From an uncultured Clostridia bacterium (lineage in GTDB: Bacteria; Bacillota; Clostridia; TANB77; CAG-508), in contig CALXVF010000001.1 in the NCBI GenBank assembly GCA_944391895.1, positions 1 through 43,514 of the forward strand: 43,514 bases of DNA, read 5' to 3'. How positions within the stretch are numbered: the stretch's first letter is position 1; every line of letters starts with the position of its first letter. A program made the translations under genes and the position numbers. The notes under the pieces were generated by a model. The model ran no database searches. It had not been told where the DNA came from and saw only the letters and a list, made by a program, of their open reading frames with translations. Positions 33,985-43,439 of this stretch are shown one piece after another.

Positions 33985-34599
33985 TTATTCCATTTCTATT
34001 ACTCCTTCATCACTTATGTATGCATATGAATATCTCTCCATATCTATCTCATCCCTTGTTCTCTCTTTTATCATACTAGATATTCTAATTTGTGGAGATT
34101 CTATTGAATGTGCTGCAATTAAAGCTTTTTCATTTCCCTTTGCTCCTGCATGTGCCATTCCCCTAAGCGTTCCTAATACTACGATATTATCTTCTGCAAT
34201 AACTTCTGCACCGTCATTGACATCTCCTAAAATAACTACACTACCTTCAAATTCTATTCTTTGACCAGATCTTAAAGATCCTTTGTAATATTTAGTTTCT
34301 GATGTCTCAATTTCTTTTTTAAAAGTTTTCTTTATTCCGTGTAGCCCTAGGGTTCTAGGGCTTTCAAAGTCAACCTTAACTTTCATTTCTCTTTGTATTA
34401 AATCTTGTATGTCATCTATTTCTGCTTTTTTTAATATTTTTCCAGTTACTAATATAGGAGTTTTATCTTCTTTGTAGAACCTTTTTAACTCTGGCAACTT
34501 TTCATTCAATTCTGCCATTATATCCCTTTTAGTGGCATCTTCTTTTATTCTTAATATGATATTATCTTGTCTCAAAAAAATATTAATATTTCTTGTCAT
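33985..34599 (-). CDS. minC: Septum site-determining protein MinC
   Basis: C-terminal beta-helix signature GSVVILGDVNDGAEVIAEDNIVVLGTLRGMAHAGAKGNEKALIAA. Position after mreBCD-PBP2. Confidence 0.85.
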   Translation of the reverse strand: MTRNINIFLRQDNIILRIKEDATKRDIMAELNEKLPELKRFYKEDKTPILVTGKILKKAEIDDIQDLIQREMKVKVDFESPRTLGLHGIKKTFKKEIETSETKYYKGSLRSGQRIEFEGSVVILGDVNDGAEVIAEDNIVVLGTLRGMAHAGAKGNEKALIAAHSIESPQIRISSMIKERTRDEIDMERYSYAYISDEGVIEME

Positions 34600-34673
34600 T
34601 ATCTTTTCCTTAAAATATATTTAGGTTTTGGCTTCCCTATAACCGCTTCATCCTTCGTATATTTAACGTTTTT

Positions 34674-34702
34674 ATTATATCATGAAGAAAATAAATTGTA
34701 AA
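34674..34702 (-). promoter_or_regulatory. Sigma-A-type promoter candidate for minC
   Basis: Minus sense reads TTTACA (34702..34697), a 17-nt spacer, then TGaTATAAT (TATAAT at 34679..34674). This is the same architecture as the promoter at 10563-10591. Confidence 0.45.
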
Positions 34703-34728
34703 GAAAAGATGGTAAGTTTTTCTTACCA
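34699..34728 (-). terminator. Rho-independent terminator candidate after PBP2
   Basis: TGGTAAG-ttttt-CTTACCA, followed in the minus sense by TCTTTTCTTT. It starts about 11 nt after the stop at 34739. Confidence 0.45.
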
Positions 34729-34738
34729 CCTAAATGCT

Positions 34739-36808
34739 CTACCTTACTGTTTGCATATATGAAGTTGCAGTCATGTCTTCTGTAACAGTTCCTGCATTCA
34801 TTCCTAAGTATTGCTCAAATATTTCTCTTGCAGTCGGCGCTGTATAATTACCGTGTTGTCCGTTTTTAACATATACTGCAACTGCAATTTCCGGATCATC
34901 AAATGGTGCAAATCCAACAAACCATGCATCTGCATTATGATTTGTATCAGTTGTTGCTGACCCTGTTTTTCCCCCTACTTCAATATCAAAATCTTTAAAG
35001 TATGAATAAGCCGTTCCAGATCCATCACTTGTAACTCCTCTCATTCCTTCTTTTATTGCTTGATAATTTGTTTCACTAATACTTATGTCCGAACCGCTAT
35101 TTCCACTTATTCCAAGTTTTTCATTAACATATGAGTTGATTTCATCTCTTGAAACCTCTGTTCCATCTGCTTTAGTTATTGATTTTACAATAGTAACGTC
35201 AATGTTTTTTCCTCCATTAGCTACCATTGCTGTATATTTTGCCATTTGAAGTGGAGTAAACGCATTATTAAGTTGTCCTATTGCTGCCTGAATTGTGTAT
35301 CCATCAACCCATGGATCCATTGTATCTCTTGAAGCTAATATACCTGGTTCTTCAGATGGTAATTCTATTCCTGTTTTTTGTCCCAATCCAAATGCAGTGG
35401 CTACTTGTGCTAATCTATCAATTCCTGTCCTTCTTCCAGTCTCATAGAAAAAATAGTTACATGATGATTCTATTGCTTGAGTTACATTAATCCATCCATG
35501 TCCTCCTCTTTTCCAACATACTGGTTGATAGTCTCTATAATAAGTATATCTTCCTGTGTCATTTATTTTAGTACTTGTATCTATTGCTCCACTTTCTAAC
35601 CCAGCAATCGCAGTTACCATTTTAAATGTAGAGCCTGGAGGAGCAATTGAAGATATTGCCTTATTTATAAGTGGATGACTTGAATCATTTAAGTAATTAT
35701 TCCAATTTTCTGTACTAATTCCATCAACAAATAATGAAGGTTCATAGTTTGGATAACTTGCCATTGCAAGAATTTCTCCTGTTTTTACATTTATTACTAC
35801 TGCTGCACCTTCCGATGCTGTTGTTGCACCACTAAGTTCGCCTGTTTTCATCATTTCTATATTATTTGCTAAAGCATCCTCTGTTATTTTTTGCAAGTCA
35901 GCATCTATTGTAAGCATAATATCATTTCCTGCAATTGCTTCTTCTGCTACATATTCATCTGTAACTATACCATCAACAGACATATCTATTTGTTTTACAC
36001 CATCTGTTCCTCTTAAGTATTTTTCAAAAACTTGCTCTATACCAGTTTTTCCTGTGACATCATTTTGATCATATATTTCTTCATTACCTTTTAGTTCATC
36101 TTCACTTATTGGACCTACATATCCTAATATATGAGATGCAAGAGTTCCATATGGATAATAAATAGTTGGCTCTGATGTAGTACTTATACCTGGAAAACTT
36201 GTGCTCATTTCATTTATTTTTGCAAGACTTGCATTACTTATATTAGAAGCTAATTCAACTGATTTTGTATTACTATATCCATCCTTTTCTATTTCATATC
36301 TAAGAATCATGATTTTCAAAGCTTCATCTACATTTTCATTACTTATTTTATATTTTTCCTTAAAATAATTAAAACATGCTTCTGCATCATATCCTTCATC
36401 TAATTTATTAGATGTTTTAAATGTTTTAGCTGTTTCTTCATTTTCAAAAGCATATGGATTTACGGTAATCGGGAAATTATCCACATATTTGTCTCCATTG
36501 CTTTCTAGTGTAGTCGCAAGTAATAATAATGAATTATTTAAAGTCTCATTATCTATTTTTGTTTTATAGATTTCCACATTATATACAAGTTTTGTGGATA
36601 CAAGCTTTTCTCCACTACTATCTAATATATTTCCTCTTGCTGCTTTTATCGTTGTCTCTCTGGTTAATCTTGTATTTGATTCTTCTCTATATTCTTTACC
36701 ATTTACTATTTGCAAATTAAATAGTTGAAGCAAAAGGATTATTCCTATTATGTATACAATAGCCATTAAAATATTGTATCTTAATTTATTTTCACTCTTT
36801 TTTCCCAT
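34739..36808 (-). CDS. mrdA: Penicillin-binding protein 2 (class B transpeptidase of the elongasome)
   Basis: N-terminal anchor and dimerisation domain; transpeptidase motifs STFK (PGSTFKMV), SCN (ESSCNYFF) and KTGS (GGKTGSA). Gene order mreBCD-PBP. Confidence 0.85.
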   Translation of the reverse strand: MGKKSENKLRYNILMAIVYIIGIILLLQLFNLQIVNGKEYREESNTRLTRETTIKAARGNILDSSGEKLVSTKLVYNVEIYKTKIDNETLNNSLLLLATTLESNGDKYVDNFPITVNPYAFENEETAKTFKTSNKLDEGYDAEACFNYFKEKYKISNENVDEALKIMILRYEIEKDGYSNTKSVELASNISNASLAKINEMSTSFPGISTTSEPTIYYPYGTLASHILGYVGPISEDELKGNEEIYDQNDVTGKTGIEQVFEKYLRGTDGVKQIDMSVDGIVTDEYVAEEAIAGNDIMLTIDADLQKITEDALANNIEMMKTGELSGATTASEGAAVVINVKTGEILAMASYPNYEPSLFVDGISTENWNNYLNDSSHPLINKAISSIAPPGSTFKMVTAIAGLESGAIDTSTKINDTGRYTYYRDYQPVCWKRGGHGWINVTQAIESSCNYFFYETGRRTGIDRLAQVATAFGLGQKTGIELPSEEPGILASRDTMDPWVDGYTIQAAIGQLNNAFTPLQMAKYTAMVANGGKNIDVTIVKSITKADGTEVSRDEINSYVNEKLGISGNSGSDISISETNYQAIKEGMRGVTSDGSGTAYSYFKDFDIEVGGKTGSATTDTNHNADAWFVGFAPFDDPEIAVAVYVKNGQHGNYTAPTAREIFEQYLGMNAGTVTEDMTATSYMQTVR

Positions 36809-36820
36809 TCTTCCTCCAAA

Positions 36821-37354
36821 TTAAAAATATCTAGTAAGAATTTTTTTGCCTTTAAAAGAATCTTCCATATAATAACCTAATTTTCTAATTAATGGATAAA
36901 AAATAATTATTAATAATGTATTAAATATAATTTCTACAAATAATGTAAGTATAAATGTTAGAACTTCAGGTTCTGCACCAGAGACAAATATTTTAACTAG
37001 ATATGTTGCTACTTCATAAAGTATAGTACTACCAACTAGCATCAAAATAATTGTTACTCTACTATCTTTAGAAAAATTCTTATCAAAATATTCTCCAAGC
37101 AATCCTATTACTCCTAAGAATACTGATGTAAATCCAATACCGTTCCCTATTGCAAAATCTAAAATAAGGCCAAATATAATTCCAAATATTCCTCCCATTT
37201 TATTTCCTACGAATAAGCCTATAAATAAACTTAAGAAAATAAATAGGTTTGGCATTATTCCACCAATATTAAACCAAGAAAAGAAATTAGATTGTAAAAA
37301 GTAAATTAAAAAAAACATTAGTAATATAATTATAATAACTTTAAATTTTCTCAA
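36821..37354 (-). CDS. mreD: Rod shape-determining protein MreD
   Basis: 177-aa polytopic membrane protein immediately downstream of mreC. Confidence 0.8.
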   Translation of the reverse strand: MRKFKVIIIILLMFFLIYFLQSNFFSWFNIGGIMPNLFIFLSLFIGLFVGNKMGGIFGIIFGLILDFAIGNGIGFTSVFLGVIGLLGEYFDKNFSKDSRVTIILMLVGSTILYEVATYLVKIFVSGAEPEVLTFILTLFVEIIFNTLLIIIFYPLIRKLGYYMEDSFKGKKILTRYF

Positions 37355-37365
37355 TTTTCTCTCCT

Positions 37366-38178
37366 TTATTGTTCAGTAATAACTAATACTGTTTCTAGAT
37401 TAGAAAAATCTGTAGATACTTCTATTTCAGCATATCTATCTGCTTCATTTTGTGTATTTACAACTGTTTTTACATTACCTATTAAAATTCCTTTAGGATA
37501 TATTCCTCCAAGTCCTGAGGTCACAACTTCGTCACCTTGCAATATTGTACTATCTGCCGGAATATATGTTGCTCTTAATATATCTGTACTATTTAGCGTT
37601 CCTTTCAATACAACACTTTCTTGCACATTTGAAATATTAGCGCTTACATTACTTGCTGTATCTATAATTGTTTGAACTTTTGCTGTATCATTAGTTACAG
37701 AAATTACATGTCCGACTAAGCCTGATTCAGAAATAACCGGCATATTTACATTAATTCCATCATCTGTACCCGCATTTATTACAATTAATTTATCATAATT
37801 ACTAAGGCTTCTTTGAATTACGTAAGCTGGAACAGTAGTATATGAAGAATATTTATCTTTTAGGTTTACATATTCTTTTAACGTGTTATTTTCTGACTTT
37901 AGTATTTCAAGTTCTCTTAACTGTTCTTGCAATTGACTATTTTCATCTTTAAGTTTTTGATTTTCTTCTTTTAGAGTTTGTATATCACTTAATTCTTGCT
38001 CGTTTCCAGTAATTTTATTTTTTAAATATACTATTCCATTTTGTATTGGCATAAATAGTTTTCCTACTGCACTTTCCATGGCCCACAAATTTCCAGTACT
38101 AATGTTTGAAATAATTACTACTACTATTAGAATAATAATAGTTATAATAATACCTATCATACCAGCTTTATTTTTCAT
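37366..38178 (-). CDS. mreC: Rod shape-determining protein MreC
   Basis: N-terminal anchor, coiled coil (LKEENQKLKDENSQLQEQLRELE), then beta-rich C-terminal domains with GLVGHV and GGIYPKGILIG. Confidence 0.9.
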   Translation of the reverse strand: MKNKAGMIGIIITIIILIVVVIISNISTGNLWAMESAVGKLFMPIQNGIVYLKNKITGNEQELSDIQTLKEENQKLKDENSQLQEQLRELEILKSENNTLKEYVNLKDKYSSYTTVPAYVIQRSLSNYDKLIVINAGTDDGINVNMPVISESGLVGHVISVTNDTAKVQTIIDTASNVSANISNVQESVVLKGTLNSTDILRATYIPADSTILQGDEVVTSGLGGIYPKGILIGNVKTVVNTQNEADRYAEIEVSTDFSNLETVLVITEQ

Positions 38179-39218
38179 TATAAACCTCTTTTTTCTGTGT
38201 TAATTAAAACACCTTTTAAATTATCTATATTTTCTAGAACTTTTCCTGCCCCAATAGCTACGCATTCTAAAGGCGTATCAGCCACATAAGTTTGAACTCC
38301 TGTTTTTTGTGAAATTAAAATATCTAAATTTCTAATTTGTGCACCACCACCTGCTAAATATATACCATTTTGAATAATATCTGATGCAAGCTCTGGAGGT
38401 GTAACAGATAAAGTACTTATTATCGCTTCTATTATTTCATTTATTGGTTTTTTCATAGCTTCTTCAATATCTTTTGATGAAACTAAAACATTTTTAGGAA
38501 GTCCTGTTTCTAAATCTCTTCCTCTAATTTCCTTAGTCATTTCTGATACAAGAGGAAGCGCACATCCTAATTCAATTTTTAATCCTTCAGCTGCTGATAA
38601 TCCTATTGCAATTCCTTTTTTCTTTTTTAAATATTCAACAATACTTTCATCAATTTCATTTCCAGCTACTCTAATTGATGTACTTGCTACAACTCCGCCT
38701 AAAGATATAACAGCAACTTCTGTAGTTCCTCCACCTATATCTATTATCATATTACCTACTGGTTCTTTAACATTAAGTCCAGCACCTATTGCTGCTGCCA
38801 TTGGTTCCTGTATTAAGTAAACTTCTTTTGCATTAGCTTGTAAAAAGGCTTCTTCTATAGCTCTTTTTTCTACTTCTGTTATACCAGATGGAACTCCTAC
38901 AACAACTCTTGGCTTTCCAGCATTATACTTTTGGCATACTTTTTTTAGCATATTTTTTAGCATTAATCCTGTTGCTGTAAAATCCGCAATAACTCCATCT
39001 TGCATAGGCCTTACGGCTTTTATATTTTCGGGTGTTCTGCCTAGCATATCCCTTGCTTCTTTTCCTGTTGCTACTATTTCTCCTGTAACTCTGTCTAAAG
39101 CAACTACTGAAGGCTCTCTTAATACTATTCCTTTTCCTTTTAAAGCAATTAGAATATTGGCTGTTCCCAAATCCATTCCTATATCTTTTGAATTAAAATC
39201 AAGTAAATTAAATTTCAT
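38178..39218 (-). CDS. mreB: Rod shape-determining actin homologue MreB
   Basis: DIGMDLGTANILI, EPSVVA, DIGGGTTEVAVISLGG and LAGGGAQIRNLD motifs. Confidence 0.95.
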   Translation of the reverse strand: MKFNLLDFNSKDIGMDLGTANILIALKGKGIVLREPSVVALDRVTGEIVATGKEARDMLGRTPENIKAVRPMQDGVIADFTATGLMLKNMLKKVCQKYNAGKPRVVVGVPSGITEVEKRAIEEAFLQANAKEVYLIQEPMAAAIGAGLNVKEPVGNMIIDIGGGTTEVAVISLGGVVASTSIRVAGNEIDESIVEYLKKKKGIAIGLSAAEGLKIELGCALPLVSEMTKEIRGRDLETGLPKNVLVSSKDIEEAMKKPINEIIEAIISTLSVTPPELASDIIQNGIYLAGGGAQIRNLDILISQKTGVQTYVADTPLECVAIGAGKVLENIDNLKGVLINTEKRGL

Positions 39219-39900
39219 TGTTATCTTTCCTCTCTAAAAATATACTTTGATACTTCCCATCTCCAATTATGATATGGTCAAGCATTGAAATTCCAAGCAA
39301 CTTTGAACTCGTCATAATTCTATCTGTAAACTTTTTATCTGATTCACTTGGCTTAGGATTTCCGCTTGGATGATTATGGATAAGAATAAACTTAGGAACT
39401 TGTTCTTTGACAATATCGCTCAAAACTTGAGCAGGTGTAATGGTTATTTCTTTACTATTTCCTACTTTTAAATCATTGATTTTAATTAGTTCATTTTTTG
39501 AATTTAACATTAAGACTTTTAAAATTTCCTGTTTTTCAAATCTAAGTTCATCCATAAATAAATCAGCAACATCTTTTGTTGACTTAATTATTTTGTTCAT
39601 CTTTTGAACTGGCACCCTCATTCTTTTGGCAAGTTCAGAAACTGCCTTTATTTGAAGGGCTTTTACCCTTCCTATTCCTTTTATTGCTTCTAGTGAATCA
39701 ATTGATATATCTTCTAAATCTCTTAATTCATTTGTTAAAAGTAATACTCTACTTGCTAATTCTAATGAAGTTGCATCTTTTGTTCCTGTCTTTATAATTA
39801 TTGCCAATAATTCTGCATTTGATAACTTTTTTGGACCATACATTTGCATTTTTTCATATGGCCTTTCTGATTCTGGCAATTCATTCATTTTTAATGGCAT
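39208..39900 (-). CDS. radC: RadC-like JAB domain protein (UPF0758)
   Basis: N-terminal HhH region (LSNAELLAIIIKTG) and C-terminal JAMM-like HNHPSGNPKPSESD. Confidence 0.9.
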   Translation of the reverse strand: MPLKMNELPESERPYEKMQMYGPKKLSNAELLAIIIKTGTKDATSLELASRVLLLTNELRDLEDISIDSLEAIKGIGRVKALQIKAVSELAKRMRVPVQKMNKIIKSTKDVADLFMDELRFEKQEILKVLMLNSKNELIKINDLKVGNSKEITITPAQVLSDIVKEQVPKFILIHNHPSGNPKPSESDKKFTDRIMTSSKLLGISMLDHIIIGDGKYQSIFLERKDNNEI

Positions 39901-39926
39901 TAAGTTTCCTTTCTGCCCCCACTTAA

Positions 39927-40184
39927 TTAAAATTTTCTATATATAAATACAGCTATTATTATTCCTATAATACTTGAAATATTGATATTGAACATTATTC
40001 CAAAAGTTAATTTTACTACCCCTAAATCCAATGAAACTGGGTCTGCTATTCCAAAGGTTTGTCCATATGAAAGCCAACTTAAGAAGCTTACTCCTTGTGT
40101 TAATTGACCAATTAATCCTCCAATAACTAAACCGCATAAAATAAATATAATTAGTACTAATGTACTTTTGTCCTTTGCTGCCAT
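39927..40184 (-). CDS. DUF4321-type small membrane protein
   Basis: The two-TM pattern LIGQL....LSYG...G...P..LDLGV.KLTFG...NINISSIIGIIIAVFIYRKF is typical of the small gene found upstream of radC/maf in Clostridia. ATG at 40184, 5 nt after GGAGGG. Confidence 0.6.
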   Translation of the reverse strand: MAAKDKSTLVLIIFILCGLVIGGLIGQLTQGVSFLSWLSYGQTFGIADPVSLDLGVVKLTFGIMFNINISSIIGIIIAVFIYRKF

Positions 40185-40364
40185 ACTTCCCTCCATTTTT
40201 TCTTACGGATATTTCTTTTTTAACATTTGTATTATATATTTTTTTCCATATTTTTTCAAGGTGTTTTTTGTAAAATTTATGTTGTTTTTTATTTATTTTC
40301 TTAAAGCTCTTTCCTTTTCAATTTTTTTGTGTTATATTATTATATACTAAAAATGGAGGATTGT

Positions 40365-40979
40365 ATGAAATTTGAAAAATTAAGTGACTATAAATTAAAA
40401 ATTACATTGTCAAATGAAGAACTTCCTAACAATAATACTGATTTAGATAGCTTTATGTCTGACCCTTCTAGTGCTAGAAAATCGTTTCTCGATATATTAG
40501 ATAAAGCTAAGGATGAAGTTGGTTTTAATGTTGGTAATAATAAAGTTAGAATAGATGCTAAATACCAAAGTAATGGTAATTTCATATTTACAGTAACTAA
40601 GTTAGTTCCTAAAAAGAAAGCAGTAAAAAAAGCAAAACCACAAAAAGTTAGTACTAATAGAAAAAACAATTGCTTAATATATAGTTTTGACAATATTGAA
40701 CACTTTTTTAATTTTTGTTTCTTTTTGAAAAATCAAAAAATTAATTGTTTAAAAAGTTTTTGCAAAATTACTGAATTATATAAATTAGATAATAAATATT
40801 ACTTAGTGTTTAATGAAATTAATAATGAATACAAATATATTGGAAAATTATATTCTGGCATGACAGAATTCGGTACCTATTTTTCAGCACAAGAAATTAT
40901 GTTTTTTATGCTAAAAGAACGTGGAGAATTAATTATTGCTAATAATGCAATACAAACTTGTCAAAAGAATTTCAAATAA
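40365..40979 (+). CDS. mecA: MecA-like adaptor protein
   Basis: MKFEKLSDYKLKITLSNEEL..., a central K-rich linker, and a C-terminal YSFDNIEHFFNF...LYKLDNKYYLVF...LKERGELIIANNAIQ that parallels B. subtilis MecA. ATG at 40365, 4 nt after GGAGGA. Confidence 0.7.
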   Translation: MKFEKLSDYKLKITLSNEELPNNNTDLDSFMSDPSSARKSFLDILDKAKDEVGFNVGNNKVRIDAKYQSNGNFIFTVTKLVPKKKAVKKAKPQKVSTNRKNNCLIYSFDNIEHFFNFCFFLKNQKINCLKSFCKITELYKLDNKYYLVFNEINNEYKYIGKLYSGMTEFGTYFSAQEIMFFMLKERGELIIANNAIQTCQKNFK

Positions 40980-40981
40980 TT

Positions 40982-41146
40982 TTTGCTATGATTCACGCAA
41001 TTATGTAAAATGATTTTAAAATGTATATTCGAAGATTTTTTGTTTCTTGCTGTCGGACATAAAGTCCTCCAAGCTGCGCGAAACTGTAAAATCTTGAATA
41101 TACATTTATTTATATTAATTTAATAATGGTTATGAATCGTAGCAAA
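40982..41146. repeat. Copy C of the GC-core element nested in a long AT-rich hairpin; fills the mecA/pcrA convergent spacer
   Basis: The outer 14-bp stem joins 40982-40995 to 41133-41146 (one G-U). The inner stem AAATGTATATTC(G)AAGATTTT at 41018-41040 pairs with 41088-41107. The core at 41041-41087 holds the box (minus sense GCGCAGCTTGGAG, 41079..41067) and the GGAC-ataaa-GTCC hairpin (41055-41067). Confidence 0.6.
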
Positions 41147-41153
41147 TTAATAT

Positions 41154-43439
41154 TTATTCTAGTATTTCTAGTCCAGCGAATTTTGCCATTAATCTCTTAT
41201 GTCCAGCTTTATCAAATTGAATATCTACTTTCAAATCGTCCGATTCTTGTTCCAAATTGGTAATAACACCCTCACCAAATTTCTTATGGAAAATTCTTTG
41301 TCCAACTTTGTATTTAGATAAATCCACTTCCTTGCTTGATTTTTTCTGGTTAAGATTATTTAGAAAGCTTTCTGCTGTTCTAAATTGGAAATTGCTTTGA
41401 GTTTTTTCTGGTATATTGTTATCAGCTTTATATGTCACAACTTTAGAATTACTGTAATTGTTATATCCCCATTCATATTTAGAATCTTCAAATCTATCAT
41501 CATCACTTTGTGTGTTCATAGCTTCTTCATATCCGTCTAATAAATCTGCTGGAATTTCTTTTACAAATCTTGAAGGTGGATTATAACTTGTTGAACCAAA
41601 AATTGTTCTCTTTTTAGCAAATGTCATATATAGATAGTTTCTTGCTCTAGTGATTCCAACATAGAATAATCTTCTTTCTTCTTCTATATCTTCCGGATTA
41701 TCTATTGATTTATGTCCTGGGAATATGCCATCTTCCATACCCACTAAAAATACAACTGGATATTCTAACCCTTTTGCACTATGTAATGTCATAAGAGTTA
41801 CCATATTATCTGTTTCTTCAATATTATCTGTATCACTAGATAAAGAAATACTATTTAAGAATTCATTTAAAGAATTATCTGCAGATTCTTTTTCAAATTC
41901 CATTGCTACTGTTAGGAATTCCTCTAAGTTTTCGATTCTACTTTCTGCTTCAACTGTATTCTCATTTTTTAAGGCCTGTGTATAACCAGTTTTATTTAAT
42001 GTTTGCTTTATAAGTTCTGATATAGGCACATCTAGTCCTCTAAGCTCTTCTATAACATTTATAAATTCTCTTGTATTATTATATATTCTAGGTATATATT
42101 TATCTGCCTCTTTTATTACTTGATACATTGATATTCCATTTTCGGCAGCTATATTTTCTATGTTTTCAATGCTGGTTTTTCCAACACCTCTTTTAGGTTC
42201 ATTAATAATTCTTTCTAATGAAAGATTGTCTGAAGGATTAGCAATTAACCTTAAATATGCAATAGTATCCTTTATTTCCTTTCTTTCATAGAACTTTAAT
42301 CCTCCAACTATTTTATATGGAATATCCTCTCTTCTTAAAATATCTTCGATTGCTCTTGATTGTGAGTTCATTCTATATAAAACAACGAAATCTGAATATT
42401 TGTAATATTCTTCTCGTCTTAATTTATTTATTTCTTGAACTATGAAAGATGCTTCTTCATATTCGTCCTCTCCGCAGAAAACATAAGGTAATGCACCTTC
42501 ATCATTTTCAGTCCATAATTTTTTCTCATATTTATTTTCATTATGCTTTATAACTTCGTTTGCAGCTTTTAAAATATTTCCTGTGCACCTATAATTTTGC
42601 TCTAATTTAACTATTTTTGAACCTGGAAAATCTTTTTCAAAATTCAAAATATTTGTAATATCTGCACCTCTAAATCTATAAATAGATTGGTCATTATCTC
42701 CTACAACTGTTATGTTTCCGTATCTTGATGCTAAAATTGAAACAAGCATAAATTGTGATTTATTTGTATCTTGATACTCGTCCACTAGAATATACTTAAA
42801 CTTTTCTGAATAATATTCTAATACATCGGCATTATCTGTTAATATGTTGATAGTAAAGTTTATGATATCGTCAAAATCTATTGCATTATTTTCTCTTAGT
42901 TTTTTCTGATATAAATGATATACTTTAGCGGTTATTTCTCTTCTATAATCTCCATTTGCTCTTTCTTCATATTTTTCAGGAGTTAGCATATCATTTTTTG
43001 CATTACTAATTTCGGATAATATAGACCTTTCCGTAAACAATTTTGGGTCAATATTTAGTTCCTTCATGCAATTCTTTATTAGAGTTTTTTGGTCAGTTGT
43101 GTCGAAAATTGCAAATGAATTATCAAACCCTATTCTATCTATGAATTTTCTAAGTATTCTTACGCAGATTGAGTGAAATGTTCCAAGCCATATATCATTA
43201 ATAGCATCTCCTACTAGCGCTTGCACTCTTTCCTTCATTTCATTTGCAGCTTTATTAGTAAAAGTTATGGCTAAAATATTCCATGGCTTAATATTTTTTT
43301 CTTTCATTAAATAGCTGATTTTATATGTTAGTACTTTTGTTTTTCCTGAACCTGCTCCTGCTATTACTAAACAAGGTCCTTCTGTTTCCATTACTGCTTC
43401 TTTTTGCTTAGGGTTTAACTCATTTAATAATTCTTCCAT
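41154..43439 (-). CDS. pcrA: ATP-dependent DNA helicase PcrA (UvrD/Rep family)
   Basis: LNPKQKEAV, Walker A AGAGSGKT, DEYQDTN, VGDNDQSIYRFRGA, TLHSAKGLEYPVVF and YVGITRA motifs. Confidence 0.9.
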   Translation of the reverse strand: MEELLNELNPKQKEAVMETEGPCLVIAGAGSGKTKVLTYKISYLMKEKNIKPWNILAITFTNKAANEMKERVQALVGDAINDIWLGTFHSICVRILRKFIDRIGFDNSFAIFDTTDQKTLIKNCMKELNIDPKLFTERSILSEISNAKNDMLTPEKYEERANGDYRREITAKVYHLYQKKLRENNAIDFDDIINFTINILTDNADVLEYYSEKFKYILVDEYQDTNKSQFMLVSILASRYGNITVVGDNDQSIYRFRGADITNILNFEKDFPGSKIVKLEQNYRCTGNILKAANEVIKHNENKYEKKLWTENDEGALPYVFCGEDEYEEASFIVQEINKLRREEYYKYSDFVVLYRMNSQSRAIEDILRREDIPYKIVGGLKFYERKEIKDTIAYLRLIANPSDNLSLERIINEPKRGVGKTSIENIENIAAENGISMYQVIKEADKYIPRIYNNTREFINVIEELRGLDVPISELIKQTLNKTGYTQALKNENTVEAESRIENLEEFLTVAMEFEKESADNSLNEFLNSISLSSDTDNIEETDNMVTLMTLHSAKGLEYPVVFLVGMEDGIFPGHKSIDNPEDIEEERRLFYVGITRARNYLYMTFAKKRTIFGSTSYNPPSRFVKEIPADLLDGYEEAMNTQSDDDRFEDSKYEWGYNNYSNSKVVTYKADNNIPEKTQSNFQFRTAESFLNNLNQKKSSKEVDLSKYKVGQRIFHKKFGEGVITNLEQESDDLKVDIQFDKAGHKRLMAKFAGLEILE

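Noticed and set aside
39937-40137. Minus-strand 66-aa ORF overlapping the DUF4321 gene in another frame
   Set aside because: It is an alternative frame of a gene whose own frame gives a clean two-TM family-like protein with a GGAGGG SD. Its translation is W/N/R/Y-rich with no features.
40168-40693. ORFs 40168..40350 (+) and 40388..40693 (-) around mecA
   Set aside because: The first spans the divergent promoter region, is F/I/Y-rich with no SD, and overlaps the start of the DUF4321 gene. The second is fully antisense to the MecA-like gene.
13776-40979. The long N-terminal extensions given by the ORF track for xth (14564), the G5 protein (15673), lemA (15753), acpS (17649, TTG), the WG-repeat protein (19962), the Asn-rich protein (33054, GTG), DUF4321 (40196) and mecA (40329)
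   Set aside because: In each case an internal ATG is preceded at 4-9 nt by a strong GGAGG-type SD and yields the family-typical N-terminus. The upstream extension has no SD and adds non-homologous residues.
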